Positions 36,235-45,482 of a stretch of 64,000 nt of DNA are shown here, one piece after another. Numbering within the stretch: the first letter of the stretch is position 1; every line of letters begins with the position of its first letter. The translations under genes were made by a program, and so were the position numbers. This stretch comes from Elainellaceae cyanobacterium (GTDB lineage Bacteria; Cyanobacteriota; Cyanobacteriia; CAKZMO01): contig JBHJHJ010000084.1 in NCBI GenBank assembly GCA_050330955.1, positions 323-64,322 of the forward strand. Direction: 5' to 3'. The notes beneath the pieces are model-generated. The model had not been told where the DNA came from, ran no database searches, and saw only the letters and a list, made by a program, of their open reading frames with translations.

Positions 36235-37092
36235 ATGGCAAATTCCCAATCCGGCCTCGATCAGCGGCAAGCGGTCAAGGCCATGCGAGCAAGCGCAAAG
36301 CAGGTCCTCTCTGACGGTGGCCTTCAAGTTTCGACCCGTCGCGGCAACCGGGAACTTGACTACGTGCTGAAGCGTATCTCTCAACAGGCGAGCCAGACCC
36401 GAGAGCAGGCCGATGCCACCGGAAAGCAGTTGGGTGAGCTCATCCTAGAGGCGTCTAAATCACGGGGTAGGACCCATCTCGACGCAGGCGTAATTCAGCA
36501 GCTTGTGGTTCAAAAGAAGATTCCGTCCCTAGCCAGCGCTGCTGAGGCCCCTCCCAGCCCATCGCCAGAGCCGCCTACTGCCGCTGCTTCGCAGGCAGCC
36601 CCTCCCGCTGCTCCCGGCTCGGCCTCCGCTCCTGAGGATGCCGTGACGACCCTAGCGGCTGACGCTGAACCGGCGGTGGTTGAAACCGAGTCCGAAGCAG
36701 CGGTTGATTCTGCCACTGAGGCCGAGGCGGCGGCAGATGTTTCAGAGGCCGCCGCTGAAGCGGATGAGCCTGAAGTAGATGAACCCGAAGCAGCGGCTGA
36801 ACCGAAAGCCGACGAGCCTGAAGCCAACGAGCCCGAAGCCGACGAGCCTGAACCGGAAGCGGCTGAACCAGACGAGCCTGAAGCAGCTAAACCGGAAGCC
36901 GACGAGCCCGAGCCGGCGGTAGCCGAAGCTGACTCAGCGGAATCTGAAGCTTCTGCAGAGGTACCGGATGAGCCTGAGGTTGCCGAACCCGTCGCTGAGG
37001 CTGAACCTGAAGCAGCTGAGCCCGAAGCAGCCGAAGAGGCTGATGAGCCTGAAGACGCAAATAAACCAGAAGACGCTGACGACGAAACCTAG
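36235..37092 (+). CDS. Acidic Pro/Glu/Ala-rich low-complexity protein, 285 aa
   Basis: Basic, structured N-terminal region of about 100 aa, then (A/E)-D-E-P-E-A type repeats encoded by reiterated gccgacgagcctgaa units. Confidence 0.6.
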   Translation: MANSQSGLDQRQAVKAMRASAKQVLSDGGLQVSTRRGNRELDYVLKRISQQASQTREQADATGKQLGELILEASKSRGRTHLDAGVIQQLVVQKKIPSLASAAEAPPSPSPEPPTAAASQAAPPAAPGSASAPEDAVTTLAADAEPAVVETESEAAVDSATEAEAAADVSEAAAEADEPEVDEPEAAAEPKADEPEANEPEADEPEPEAAEPDEPEAAKPEADEPEPAVAEADSAESEASAEVPDEPEVAEPVAEAEPEAAEPEAAEEADEPEDANKPEDADDET

Positions 37093-37220
37093 TTGCGGTA
37101 GGTTGGGGTTAGCATCAGCGTAACCCCACGCTAGCAAGGGTTTTGTTGGGTTTCCTAACGTCCTAGCGCAGCCTTAGCGTAGCCATACCCATAGGATTAT
37201 TGCCCGCAGGGCTTGGCATC

Positions 37221-37472
37221 TCAGGAGTCATCGGTGTCGCTTGAGGTGCCATTGGTGAGACTTCAGATGTCGCTGGTCTCGTTTAAAGCGTCAGCGATCG
37301 CACTTTAGGTGTCGCTGGTGTCGTATTTTGTGTCAGCGATGAGACTTTGAGTGTTGTCGATGGCGTCTGAAGTGCCATTTGCGACATCTGAAGTGCGGTT
37401 GGTCGTACTTGAAGTGCCATAGATGAAGCGTGAGGCGTTACCGATAGTACATCAGGTGCGATTGGTGGAAGT
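37221..37472. repeat. Array of 12 degenerate 21-nt tandem repeats
   Basis: Units phase exactly at 21 nt, for example tgaggtgccattggtgagact (37242), tgaagtgccatttgcgacatc (37368), tgaagtgcggttggtcgtact (37389), tgaagtgccatagatgaagcg (37410). It fills the gap between convergent genes. Confidence 0.8.
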
Positions 37473-37479
37473 CGTAGGG

Positions 37480-39270
37480 TCATTCTTGGCGCGACTCAAG
37501 ATCCCATATTTGAATTATCCCTATTTGAATTATCCCTTCCTCTTGATCATCAGTGGTACTGTAGGTCGCCAGATAGCGGCCGTCGGGGCTAAAGCGTATG
37601 TCTTCGACCCGATCTTCGTAGGAGATACGGGCTACCTCTTGGTTGGCTTCGATATCCAATACCCGCGCCGTCGTCTCCAATGTATTGGATGCCCTGTAGG
37701 TAGGCCACTGATCTATACCAGCCGTTGCCACATAGCGGTTATTGGGGCCGAAGCGCACATCTAGGACATGCTCCCCATGGGTAATGTGTGCCACTGCTTG
37801 ATTCGCTTCAAGGTCCCAGACCTGTGCTGTTGCATCGCTGCTAACGGTAACCAGGTAGCGACTGTTGGGGCTAAAGCGTGCCGCCGCCTGGTATGGCTCG
37901 TGGGCAATGCGAGCAGCCTCTCGGTTAGCCTCAAGATCCCAGACCTGCGCTGTTCCTCCGTTTCGGACTGTTGCCATCACGTAGCGGCCATTGGGGCTAA
38001 AGCGCACGTCAAAGCTCCATCCCCTAGAAATAGATTCCTCATCCCCATGGACAAAGTGGACCATCGCTTGGCCGGTCTCGATATTCCATACCTGTGGGAT
38101 AGTCTCGTTAGCGCTAATTGCCAAGTGGCGGCCGTCGGGGTTAAAGCGCGCATCGCGCATTAGCACTGTCTCATTACCAAAGCGGGCTACTTCCTGGGCG
38201 GTCTCGATATCCCACACTCGCGCGGTTGCATTCTCACTAGTGGTTGCCAAATAGCGACCGTCAGGGCTGAATCGCGCACTATTCATATATTCACCGTGTG
38301 TAAAGTGTACGACTTCTTGGTTGGTCTCGATGTTCCATACCCGTGCCGCATTGTCGCTACCCGCGGTCGCTAGATAGAGGCTATCAGGGCTGAATTGCAC
38401 GTCATAAATCTCCCATCCATGGGCGAAGCGGGCCACCTCTTGGTTAGCCTCAATATCCCACACCTGCACTGTCTCGTCATCACTGGCGGCTGCCAAGTAG
38501 CGACCATTTGGGCTGAAGCTAAAGTGCCTACTGGATCTCCACGGTTCCAGAGTAATGCGTTGTCTTTCTTGGTTGGCCTCGATTTCCCATAACGCTGCAC
38601 CCTCCCTACTGAGCATTACGAGATAGCGGCTGTCAGGGCTAAAGCGCAGGTCATATAAATCGTTATGGTCAATGCGCGCTATTTCGAGCGGTGTTGCCGG
38701 CTGAGTATCGCCTTGAACGTCCCTGATGGTGGGTGACTCTGGCTCGCCCTGCTCACTTGGCGGCAGCGTCCCCGTCTGCATATCCAGCTCTTCAAACCAG
38801 GTTTCGTTGTCCTCACAGCTTTCAAAGACATCAACAGACGCGTTTTCGTCATCGCTAGACGCGTCTTCGCCATCAATCGTGATGCTAATACGGTCAGAAG
38901 TACTAGAGTCTTCCGAGCGGTCCCTAGACTGTGCCGCCTCAGACATCGCTAACAACCGCTCTATCGCCTCAGGCGGGTAGGCGCACAGTAAGTATGACGC
39001 TTCTACGTCAGGCTCCTGAGGCGTCGCAAAAGTATAGTCAACGATGCAGTTTTCGCCTTCATAGCCTCGAATATTCACTCGGTTGATGAGGTCAATGCCA
39101 AACGCTGCCGGCAGAGAGGGTATGCGATGCGTACTCGGGGTACAGGTTTCCAGCGCTGAATTTAAGGCTTCAGCAATAGCTTGATCGTCTTGAGCGTTAA
39201 CCTGCGGAAAGCTGAGCAGGAACGCGGCGATTGACGTCGCGCTAGCGATGAATTTGACTCGTCGACGCAC
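37480..39270 (-). CDS. Signal-peptide-bearing WD40/beta-propeller repeat protein
   Basis: Signal-like MRRRVKFIASATSIAAFLLSFPQVNAQ. About 10 repeats of the form RFSPDGRYLAT..ARVWDIETNQEV. A perfect 15-nt tandem duplication at 37507-37536 encodes GIIQIGIIQI. Confidence 0.85.
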   Translation of the reverse strand: MRRRVKFIASATSIAAFLLSFPQVNAQDDQAIAEALNSALETCTPSTHRIPSLPAAFGIDLINRVNIRGYEGENCIVDYTFATPQEPDVEASYLLCAYPPEAIERLLAMSEAAQSRDRSEDSSTSDRISITIDGEDASSDDENASVDVFESCEDNETWFEELDMQTGTLPPSEQGEPESPTIRDVQGDTQPATPLEIARIDHNDLYDLRFSPDSRYLVMLSREGAALWEIEANQERQRITLEPWRSSRHFSFSPNGRYLAAASDDETVQVWDIEANQEVARFAHGWEIYDVQFSPDSLYLATAGSDNAARVWNIETNQEVVHFTHGEYMNSARFSPDGRYLATTSENATARVWDIETAQEVARFGNETVLMRDARFNPDGRHLAISANETIPQVWNIETGQAMVHFVHGDEESISRGWSFDVRFSPNGRYVMATVRNGGTAQVWDLEANREAARIAHEPYQAAARFSPNSRYLVTVSSDATAQVWDLEANQAVAHITHGEHVLDVRFGPNNRYVATAGIDQWPTYRASNTLETTARVLDIEANQEVARISYEDRVEDIRFSPDGRYLATYSTTDDQEEGIIQIGIIQIWDLESRQE

Positions 39271-39410
39271 TGTACCTCCTTACATTTCAGGTCAAAGATT
39301 GACCCAATTATTAAACCTCTAATGCATATTAATACAGACCGTCGATAAAAAACCGTCTGGGATTTCACTTGGCTGCAATGGTTCAACAATAGGAAGCGAT
39401 CGCTCCGCTA

Positions 39411-39557
39411 TCGAATGCGATGCCCTAACTTTGTGATGCGGCGGCGCTACTCTCGAATGCGGCAGCCCCGCTATCGAATGCGATGCCCCAACTTCGCAAT
39501 GCGACGTCGCCACTGTCGAATGCGATGCCCCAATTTTGTGATGCGACGGTGCCAGTT
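39411..39557. repeat. Array of 7 degenerate 21-nt tandem repeats
   Basis: tcgaatgcgatgccctaactt (39411), tgtgatgcggcggcgctactc (39432), tcgaatgcggcagccccgcta (39453), tcgaatgcgatgccccaactt (39474), cgcaatgcgacgtcgccactg (39495), tcgaatgcgatgccccaattt (39516), tgtgatgcgacggtgccagtt (39537). An inverted copy of the core, gtcgcattcga, lies at 39591-39601. Confidence 0.8.
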
Positions 39558-40064
39558 TAAATATCACAGCGCTACTTTAGATTTGAAGCTGTCGCATTCG
39601 AGATGTCCTGCGTCAGGGTCAAGTGCCTACTGGCTACGTCGCTACAGCTCAAAAGGACACAGATCTAGAATCGTGCAGCGATAGAGGTAGAACTAAAGGT
39701 CAAATCACTCAAACAATCTAGCGGTAGCGAGCCGCCATATCCCCTCAGAAAGGTAAAGTGGCAAGGCAGGGATAGTGGGATCTGGCCATGATGTTAGAAG
39801 CCGCTATTTTTGGACATCAAGCCAGGTTTGGCTCAAGCGTCTGAGGCGGCGTTCAAAATCCCATCGTCCATAATAACCCCATCGCTGACCACTGTTCCCA
39901 TGACCTTCAGCACCCCGGGCCATACCCCTTGAACGATCCGTTTTCTCCTAACCCCAATGCTTGGCTCGACTGGCTGGCCGTCTGCGGCTATATCGGCTTC
40001 ATGCTGTTTGTCGGGTGGCAGGTGCTAACGCGACGTTGACGCTCTGATGCTACTTGAATCGCCC

Positions 40065-42152
40065 TTAGAGCAGCCCCAACAGCTTACGCAGTCGTTTTTG
40101 CAGGGGTGGGGTAATAATGCGATCGCCCCGCTCTAGCTTCCCAACGTAGTCGGCGCTCACCCCCAGGAAGCCGCCTAGCTCTTTGCGGCTCCAGCCCCGG
40201 TTTAATCGGCCTTCCCGCACCTCATCTGCGGTGATCTCGCGCGAGGGGAGGGCAGGCTGGGGACGCCGCGATCGCAGCTTCTGCGGGGATTTGACTTGGG
40301 CGAGCAGCTGCGGAATGGGCTGCGGGGGACGAATAACCAAATGGGCCTGTAGCAGCCGCTCGATGATCTTGACGCGCCGCCAATCTGAAGGACGCCGGGC
40401 CTTGCTGTTGGGCTGCAGCCACTCGGGATAGGTTTGGTCGTCGTACTCAATTTGCCAGCCGAGGCTCACCAGCAGCGTTAAGGCCCGGTTCCAGCGATTC
40501 TTCAGGTCCCGGGCTTTATACTTGTCATCTAAAGCCCGGCTGATCTCCGCAGCGGGCATCACCTCTTTGAGCAGGTTCACCACCTGGTACTCATAGGGAT
40601 TCTGGTTGTGGACCCTTACCCGCGCATCGAGGGTGAGCTGAATCGCCAGCCGCAGAGCCATCTCGTGATGGTAAGGGTCAATTTGCAGGATATCCCGCGC
40701 TAGATAGCCGAACTGATGCAAGGCGGCCTTCGCTTTTTGACCCGCTCGGTTGAGGAAGTGCTTGGTCCACAGCCCCGGCGTCACGGTAATGTAAACCTCC
40801 TCTGGCCGTTCGATCTTCCCCGTTACCCAGTCAATCTGTCCGTGGGGGTCCACCAGCACGTCCCACATGCGGCCCACTGGAGTGCTGGCGTCAACGCGCC
40901 GCTTGCCCCGTCCTTCAATCCACACCGACTTCACGAGAAGGCAAGACAGCGCATGGGCAGCGCTGGCGATGGTATTGCGCTTCTCGGGCAGGCTTGTGTT
41001 GTGGTTGCGGTCCCAGCCTAAGAGCTGCACAATATCGGTGGCCTTAAGGCGAAAGGTGCTGTTCCACGGCTCGTCCTGGTCCATGGCCCGAGCGGCAAAA
41101 ATCATCTGCAGCTTGACGGTGTCGAAGCCAAATTTATTGATGATTTGCTCTGCCGCCTCCCAAGGCAGCAGAGCAATATCTCCGGGGTTGGTAATGTAGT
41201 GCTCAATGGTGTTAGCAGGGTTAGACTTGCTGCGATACTGGAACACCGCTAAATCATCGTTCCGTTGCCAAAGGTCGGGGCGGAGCTGGGCCTGGATGCT
41301 GCTGGCGATGGGAATTGATGTGGGGATGGGGGCAGCGCGGGGCAGGTCGAGCAGGTCATCTAGGGTCGCCTCCGGTCGTAGCTTTAGACCCATCAGCGCC
41401 TCAAGCCGCGTTAGGGAACAGTTGGGCAGATTGAGGCTGTCAATAATCATCTGAATGATGTCTCTGGCATAAATCTGCCCTAGGAGATCAATCTTGGCGG
41501 ACAGGCGATCGCCATTGTGCTGTAGGTAGGGCCGAATCACCGCTGCTGAGTCTGCGTCGAGTTGGGCAAGGCCTAAATCATCCATAGCCCAAGCCACCAA
41601 GTGGGCTCCAAAAAATTGGGCAAAGGCCCGCTTAAATCGGGGATGCTCAAAGAAGCTGGTAAGGGATTCGCCAAGATAGGCCTGCACAGCCTCATCGTCG
41701 ATGACAATATCGAGCTGTGGGCTGCCCTGGGACTTGGCGGACTGCAGGTTAAAGTGGGGCTGGTCGAGGTTGACGGCACTGACGCCTTCAGCGGCGATCG
41801 CCTCTGCAACCTTTTGCCTGTAGAGCGCAACCACGTGCTGAAAGAGCTGCTGGGTGATGGCCTGGGCAAATAGCGGGCTGCGCTGTAGCCGGTTAATGAG
41901 CTGGTCAAGGTCTGCGGATGTGATGACCTGGTTAACAACCGTATCCCACGACTGACCTGGGGTAGGGCTATTGATACCGCCAATACCCGTCGCAGCGGTT
42001 TGAGGGTTTGTATTGGCCTCAGCATCAGACTGCAGCTGCAGCTGAATCACTGTCTCAGACGAGGATTGGGAGCTATCCTCTGGGCGATCGCAAGGGTTTC
42101 TCCGGCACTTGCTCCCGACTATCCTTTGCTGCTGCAGCGCCGCACGTCCCAT
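40065..42152 (-). CDS. Large hypothetical protein with a C-terminal XRE-type helix-turn-helix
   Basis: 695 aa. The last 60 aa or so, EGRLNRGWSRKELGGFLGVSADYVGKLERGDRIITPPLQKRL, match the XRE/Cro HTH pattern. The N-terminal 620 aa have no motif I recognise. Confidence 0.75.
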   Translation of the reverse strand: MGRAALQQQRIVGSKCRRNPCDRPEDSSQSSSETVIQLQLQSDAEANTNPQTAATGIGGINSPTPGQSWDTVVNQVITSADLDQLINRLQRSPLFAQAITQQLFQHVVALYRQKVAEAIAAEGVSAVNLDQPHFNLQSAKSQGSPQLDIVIDDEAVQAYLGESLTSFFEHPRFKRAFAQFFGAHLVAWAMDDLGLAQLDADSAAVIRPYLQHNGDRLSAKIDLLGQIYARDIIQMIIDSLNLPNCSLTRLEALMGLKLRPEATLDDLLDLPRAAPIPTSIPIASSIQAQLRPDLWQRNDDLAVFQYRSKSNPANTIEHYITNPGDIALLPWEAAEQIINKFGFDTVKLQMIFAARAMDQDEPWNSTFRLKATDIVQLLGWDRNHNTSLPEKRNTIASAAHALSCLLVKSVWIEGRGKRRVDASTPVGRMWDVLVDPHGQIDWVTGKIERPEEVYITVTPGLWTKHFLNRAGQKAKAALHQFGYLARDILQIDPYHHEMALRLAIQLTLDARVRVHNQNPYEYQVVNLLKEVMPAAEISRALDDKYKARDLKNRWNRALTLLVSLGWQIEYDDQTYPEWLQPNSKARRPSDWRRVKIIERLLQAHLVIRPPQPIPQLLAQVKSPQKLRSRRPQPALPSREITADEVREGRLNRGWSRKELGGFLGVSADYVGKLERGDRIITPPLQKRLRKLLGLL

Positions 42153-42254
42153 GGCCTTACCTCTATCCGTAGACCAATTCTAGCGGAAATAGGCCCGGGC
42201 CGCGCTACCGGTAGCGTAAATCTGCTTGCTGATATTTTTAGCTATGGGGACCAA

Positions 42255-43202
42255 TCAGTTGTACAGGCCTTGAATCCAATTCCACTCGGCAGCTAGCCCC
42301 TCTCGCAGAGAAACCTTGGGCTGATAACCTAAAATCTGCTGAGCCTTCGTAATATCTGCCGCAGTGTGACGGGCGTCTCCCCGGGCCTGCTCGATGTGCT
42401 CCCGCTTAATAGTGCGACCGCTTACCGCTTCCATCGTGTCAATTACTTCCATCAGCCCAACGCGGCTGCCGCCGCCGATGTTAAACACCTGACCAGCCGC
42501 GTCGGCCACCTGACCAGCCGCAAGATTGGCGGCGATCGCATCTTCAATAAAAGTGTAATCCCGCGTTTGCTGACCGTCACCGTAAATAGTGATGGGCTGG
42601 TCTGTCAGGGCCGCCTTAAAGAATTTGTGGAAGGCCATATCGGGGCGCTGGCGAGGGCCGTAGACGGTGAAGTAGCGCAGGGCAACGGTTGGAACCTGAA
42701 AATTTTGGTGGTAAAGCTGACAAAGCTGTTCGCCAGCAAGTTTGGTAATGCCGTAGGGCGAAACGGGCTGAGGGCAGATGGTCTCTTGAGTCGGGAGCGT
42801 TGCTGCGTTCCCGTAAATTGACGAAGATGACGCATAAACGAATTGCTGGAGACGAGCGCTTTTAGCAGCTTCTAGTAGGATTTGCGTCGCGTTGATGTTT
42901 TGCTCAGTGTAATTGCGAAATCCCTCGCCCCAGCTTGACCGGACGCCGGCCTGGGCCGCTTGGTGATAGACCACATCGACATCGGCCAGCAGCTCTGGCC
43001 AGTTGAGCGCCTGAATATCGCTCTCGATCAGCTTAAAGCTGCTGGCTTTTTCTAGGTCCAGGACGTTTTGGCGTTTCAACTGAGGATTGTAGTAGGCGTT
43101 GAATTGATCGACCCCGATTACGCTGTGCCCTTGCTCTAGTAAGGCTTGGGCTAGGTGAGAGCCAATGAAGCCAGCGACTCCGGTTACAACAACGGTTACC
43201 AT
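42255..43202 (-). CDS. NAD-dependent epimerase/dehydratase (UDP-sugar 4-epimerase-like)
   Basis: I prefer the start at 43202 (MVTVVVTGVAGFIGSHL Rossmann motif). YGITK catalytic YxxxK. RYFTVYGPRQRPDMA. Confidence 0.85.
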   Translation of the reverse strand: MVTVVVTGVAGFIGSHLAQALLEQGHSVIGVDQFNAYYNPQLKRQNVLDLEKASSFKLIESDIQALNWPELLADVDVVYHQAAQAGVRSSWGEGFRNYTEQNINATQILLEAAKSARLQQFVYASSSSIYGNAATLPTQETICPQPVSPYGITKLAGEQLCQLYHQNFQVPTVALRYFTVYGPRQRPDMAFHKFFKAALTDQPITIYGDGQQTRDYTFIEDAIAANLAAGQVADAAGQVFNIGGGSRVGLMEVIDTMEAVSGRTIKREHIEQARGDARHTAADITKAQQILGYQPKVSLREGLAAEWNWIQGLYN

Positions 43203-43298
43203 AACAATCCTCGTTACTCTAAAAACCAAAAGTATAAAATGCCGAGCACGCCTACGGCTAAACCCGAAGGGGCGATCGGCGTGACCTAATCCGCTGAA

Positions 43299-44384
43299 TC
43301 AGGCACTGACGTAGACTTTATCGTAGTAAGCCCGATACTCCTCTGAGAGCAGGGGTTTCCACCAGCTCTCGTGGCTCAGGTACCACTCGATGGTGCGGCG
43401 CAAGCCGTTGTCTACCGTTTCCTGAGGCGTCCAGCCTAGCTCGGTTTTGATCTTTGTGGCGTCGATGGCGTAGCGGCGATCGTGACCAGGGCGATCTTTA
43501 ACAAAGGTAATCAGGTCTTGAGAAGGATGCACCGGCAGATCGGGGGCCAGCTCATCCATAAGCTGACAGAGCTTATGGACTAAGTCGATATTCTTGACCT
43601 CATTGTTGCCGCCGACGTTGTAAGTTTCCCCGGGGGTGCCCTTGTGGATTACCGTGTCCAAGGCGCTGCAGTGATCACCCACGTAGAGCCAGTCCCGCAC
43701 ATTTTGCCCGTCGCCGTAAACCGGCAGGGGTTTGCCCAAGAGAATGTTGATGCACATCAGGGGAATCAGCTTTTCGGGATAGTGGTAGGGCCCATAGTTG
43801 TTGGAGCAGTTCGTAATCAGGGTGGGCATGTGGTAGGTGTGGAAGTAAGCCCGCACCAGGTGATCGCTGCCTGCTTTAGAAGCCGAATAGGGGCTGTTGG
43901 GCGTGTAGGGGGTGGTCTCGGTGAAGGCGGGATCATTGGGGCCGAGGGAGCCGTAGACCTCGTCGGTGGAGACGTGCAAGAAGCGGTAGTCCTGAGGTTT
44001 GCCCTGATTCATCCAGTATTGGCGAAAGGCCTCTAGCAGGGTGAAGGTGCCAACGACGTTGGTCTGTACAAACGCACCGGGCCCCAGAATAGAGCGGTCC
44101 ACGTGGGACTCTGCGGCAAAGTGGGCAACGGTGTCAATCGCCTCTTCAGTGAGCAGCGCATCGACAAGGGCGCGATCGCAAATGTCGCCTTGAACAAAGC
44201 GCAGGTTGGGGTTATCTTCCAGGTCGGATAGGTTGGCGCGGTTACCGGCGTAGGTGAGGGCGTCAAGCACGACAACGCGATCGCTGGGGTACTGGGCGCA
44301 CCAGTGATGAACAAAGTTAGAGCCGATGAAGCCTGCACCGCCCGTGATGATGATGCGGCGGGATTTGCGTGTGGATTGTGTCAT
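43299..44384 (-). CDS. rfbB: dTDP-glucose 4,6-dehydratase
   Basis: [32 protein letters not shown] prefer the start at 44384 (MTQSTRK), which avoids overlap with rfbA. Confidence 0.9.
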   Translation of the reverse strand: MTQSTRKSRRIIITGGAGFIGSNFVHHWCAQYPSDRVVVLDALTYAGNRANLSDLEDNPNLRFVQGDICDRALVDALLTEEAIDTVAHFAAESHVDRSILGPGAFVQTNVVGTFTLLEAFRQYWMNQGKPQDYRFLHVSTDEVYGSLGPNDPAFTETTPYTPNSPYSASKAGSDHLVRAYFHTYHMPTLITNCSNNYGPYHYPEKLIPLMCINILLGKPLPVYGDGQNVRDWLYVGDHCSALDTVIHKGTPGETYNVGGNNEVKNIDLVHKLCQLMDELAPDLPVHPSQDLITFVKDRPGHDRRYAIDATKIKTELGWTPQETVDNGLRRTIEWYLSHESWWKPLLSEEYRAYYDKVYVSA

Positions 44385-44394
44385 TGATAGTCCT

Positions 44395-45468
44395 CTACAC
44401 CAGCTCAACTTGGGAGTCGTCACCAATCATGAAGCGCAGGGCGCGGGGTCTCTGGGGCGCTTCTGTCAGCTTCGCGCGCTGGCCAATGAGGCTATCTACA
44501 ATGCGCTGATGAATGCCAGCTACCTTAGCGCCGTGAAGCAGAACGCTGTGCTCTAAGTCCGCCTCGATCAGGCAGCTTTCGTCGGCAATGCTGCTGTAGG
44601 GGCCGATGAAGCAATTTTCTAGATGGCAGTTCTCGCCGATGACCACGGGGCCGCGCACCGTGCAATTAATCAGCTTAGAGTTTTGACCGATTTTAACGCG
44701 GCCAATCACCTGGCTGGCTTCGTCCACGTCGCCCAGGTTGTCCGCCACTAGGCAGGTATCCAGGATAATGCGGTTGGCCTCCAGGAGATCGTCTTTCTTT
44801 CCAGTATCCAACCACCAGCCGTGAAGCTCCACGGATTCCACAGACTGCTGCCGCTCAATCAAATTTTGAATGGCGTCGGTAATTTCTAGCTCGCCCCGCG
44901 CCGAGGGCTGGATCTGGCTGATGGAGTTGTGTACCTCGGGGGAGAATAGGTATACGCCCACTAGCGCTAGGTCAGAGGGGGGAACTTTGGGCTTCTCCAC
45001 CAAGCGAAGAATGCGTCCGTTTTCGTCTACCTCAGCCACACCAAATGCGGTGGGGTTGGGGACGCGGCGCAGCAGGGTTAGGGCGTCGAGCTGGCGCTCC
45101 TTAAACTTGGCGCAGAAGTCGTGTAGGCTACCCTCAATCAGGTTGTCGCCTAGGTACATGACGAAGGGGGTGTCACCCAAAAATGGCTGCGAGATTTTGA
45201 CGGCGTGGGCCAGGCCAGCGGGCTCATCCTGCAGGATGTAGGTGATCTTAGCGCCAAAGCGATCGCCGTTGCCGGTTTTTGCCTTGATCTCGCCGCCAGT
45301 TTCAGGACTGATGACGATGCCGATATCGGTAATGCCTGCGGCAACGATGGACTCGATACCGTACCAGAGGATAGGCTTGTTGGCTACAGGGACGAGCTGC
45401 TTAGCGCCAGTGTAGGTCAGAGGACGCAGACGAGTTCCCCGACCTCCTGAGAGGATGAGTGCTTTCAT
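44395..45468 (-). CDS. rfbA: Glucose-1-phosphate thymidylyltransferase, long form with a C-terminal left-handed beta-helix
   Basis: [25 protein letters not shown] nucleotidyltransferase motif. 357 aa, with hexapeptide-like C-terminal repeats. Confidence 0.8.
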   Translation of the reverse strand: MKALILSGGRGTRLRPLTYTGAKQLVPVANKPILWYGIESIVAAGITDIGIVISPETGGEIKAKTGNGDRFGAKITYILQDEPAGLAHAVKISQPFLGDTPFVMYLGDNLIEGSLHDFCAKFKERQLDALTLLRRVPNPTAFGVAEVDENGRILRLVEKPKVPPSDLALVGVYLFSPEVHNSISQIQPSARGELEITDAIQNLIERQQSVESVELHGWWLDTGKKDDLLEANRIILDTCLVADNLGDVDEASQVIGRVKIGQNSKLINCTVRGPVVIGENCHLENCFIGPYSSIADESCLIEADLEHSVLLHGAKVAGIHQRIVDSLIGQRAKLTEAPQRPRALRFMIGDDSQVELV

Positions 45469-45482
45469 AGTAGTAGCGATAG

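Noticed and set aside
37283-37483. A 66-aa ORF inside the first 21-nt repeat array.
   Set aside because: The 21-nt period (7 codons) keeps several frames open. The peptide is just the repeat translated, and the ORF overlaps the WD40 stop codon.
37221-39557. Interpreting the 21-nt arrays as CRISPR arrays.
   Set aside because: The units abut directly with no unique spacers, the repeats are degenerate rather than near-identical, and no cas genes are present.
39319-39684. ORFs 39319..39567 (-) and 39415..39684 (+), which encode heptad-like peptides (SHSIAxx / MRCPNFV).
   Set aside because: These are the same artefact. Both strands are open across the repeat array, and there is no start context or independent coding signal.
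39929-40039. A 36-aa TTG-initiated ORF (MNDPFSPNPNAWLDWLAVCGYIGFMLFVGWQVLTRR) with one TM helix.
   Set aside because: It is plausible as a small membrane protein. It depends on a TTG start with no visible ribosome-binding site, and I cannot match it to a known small photosynthetic subunit. The evidence is too weak to list as a feature.
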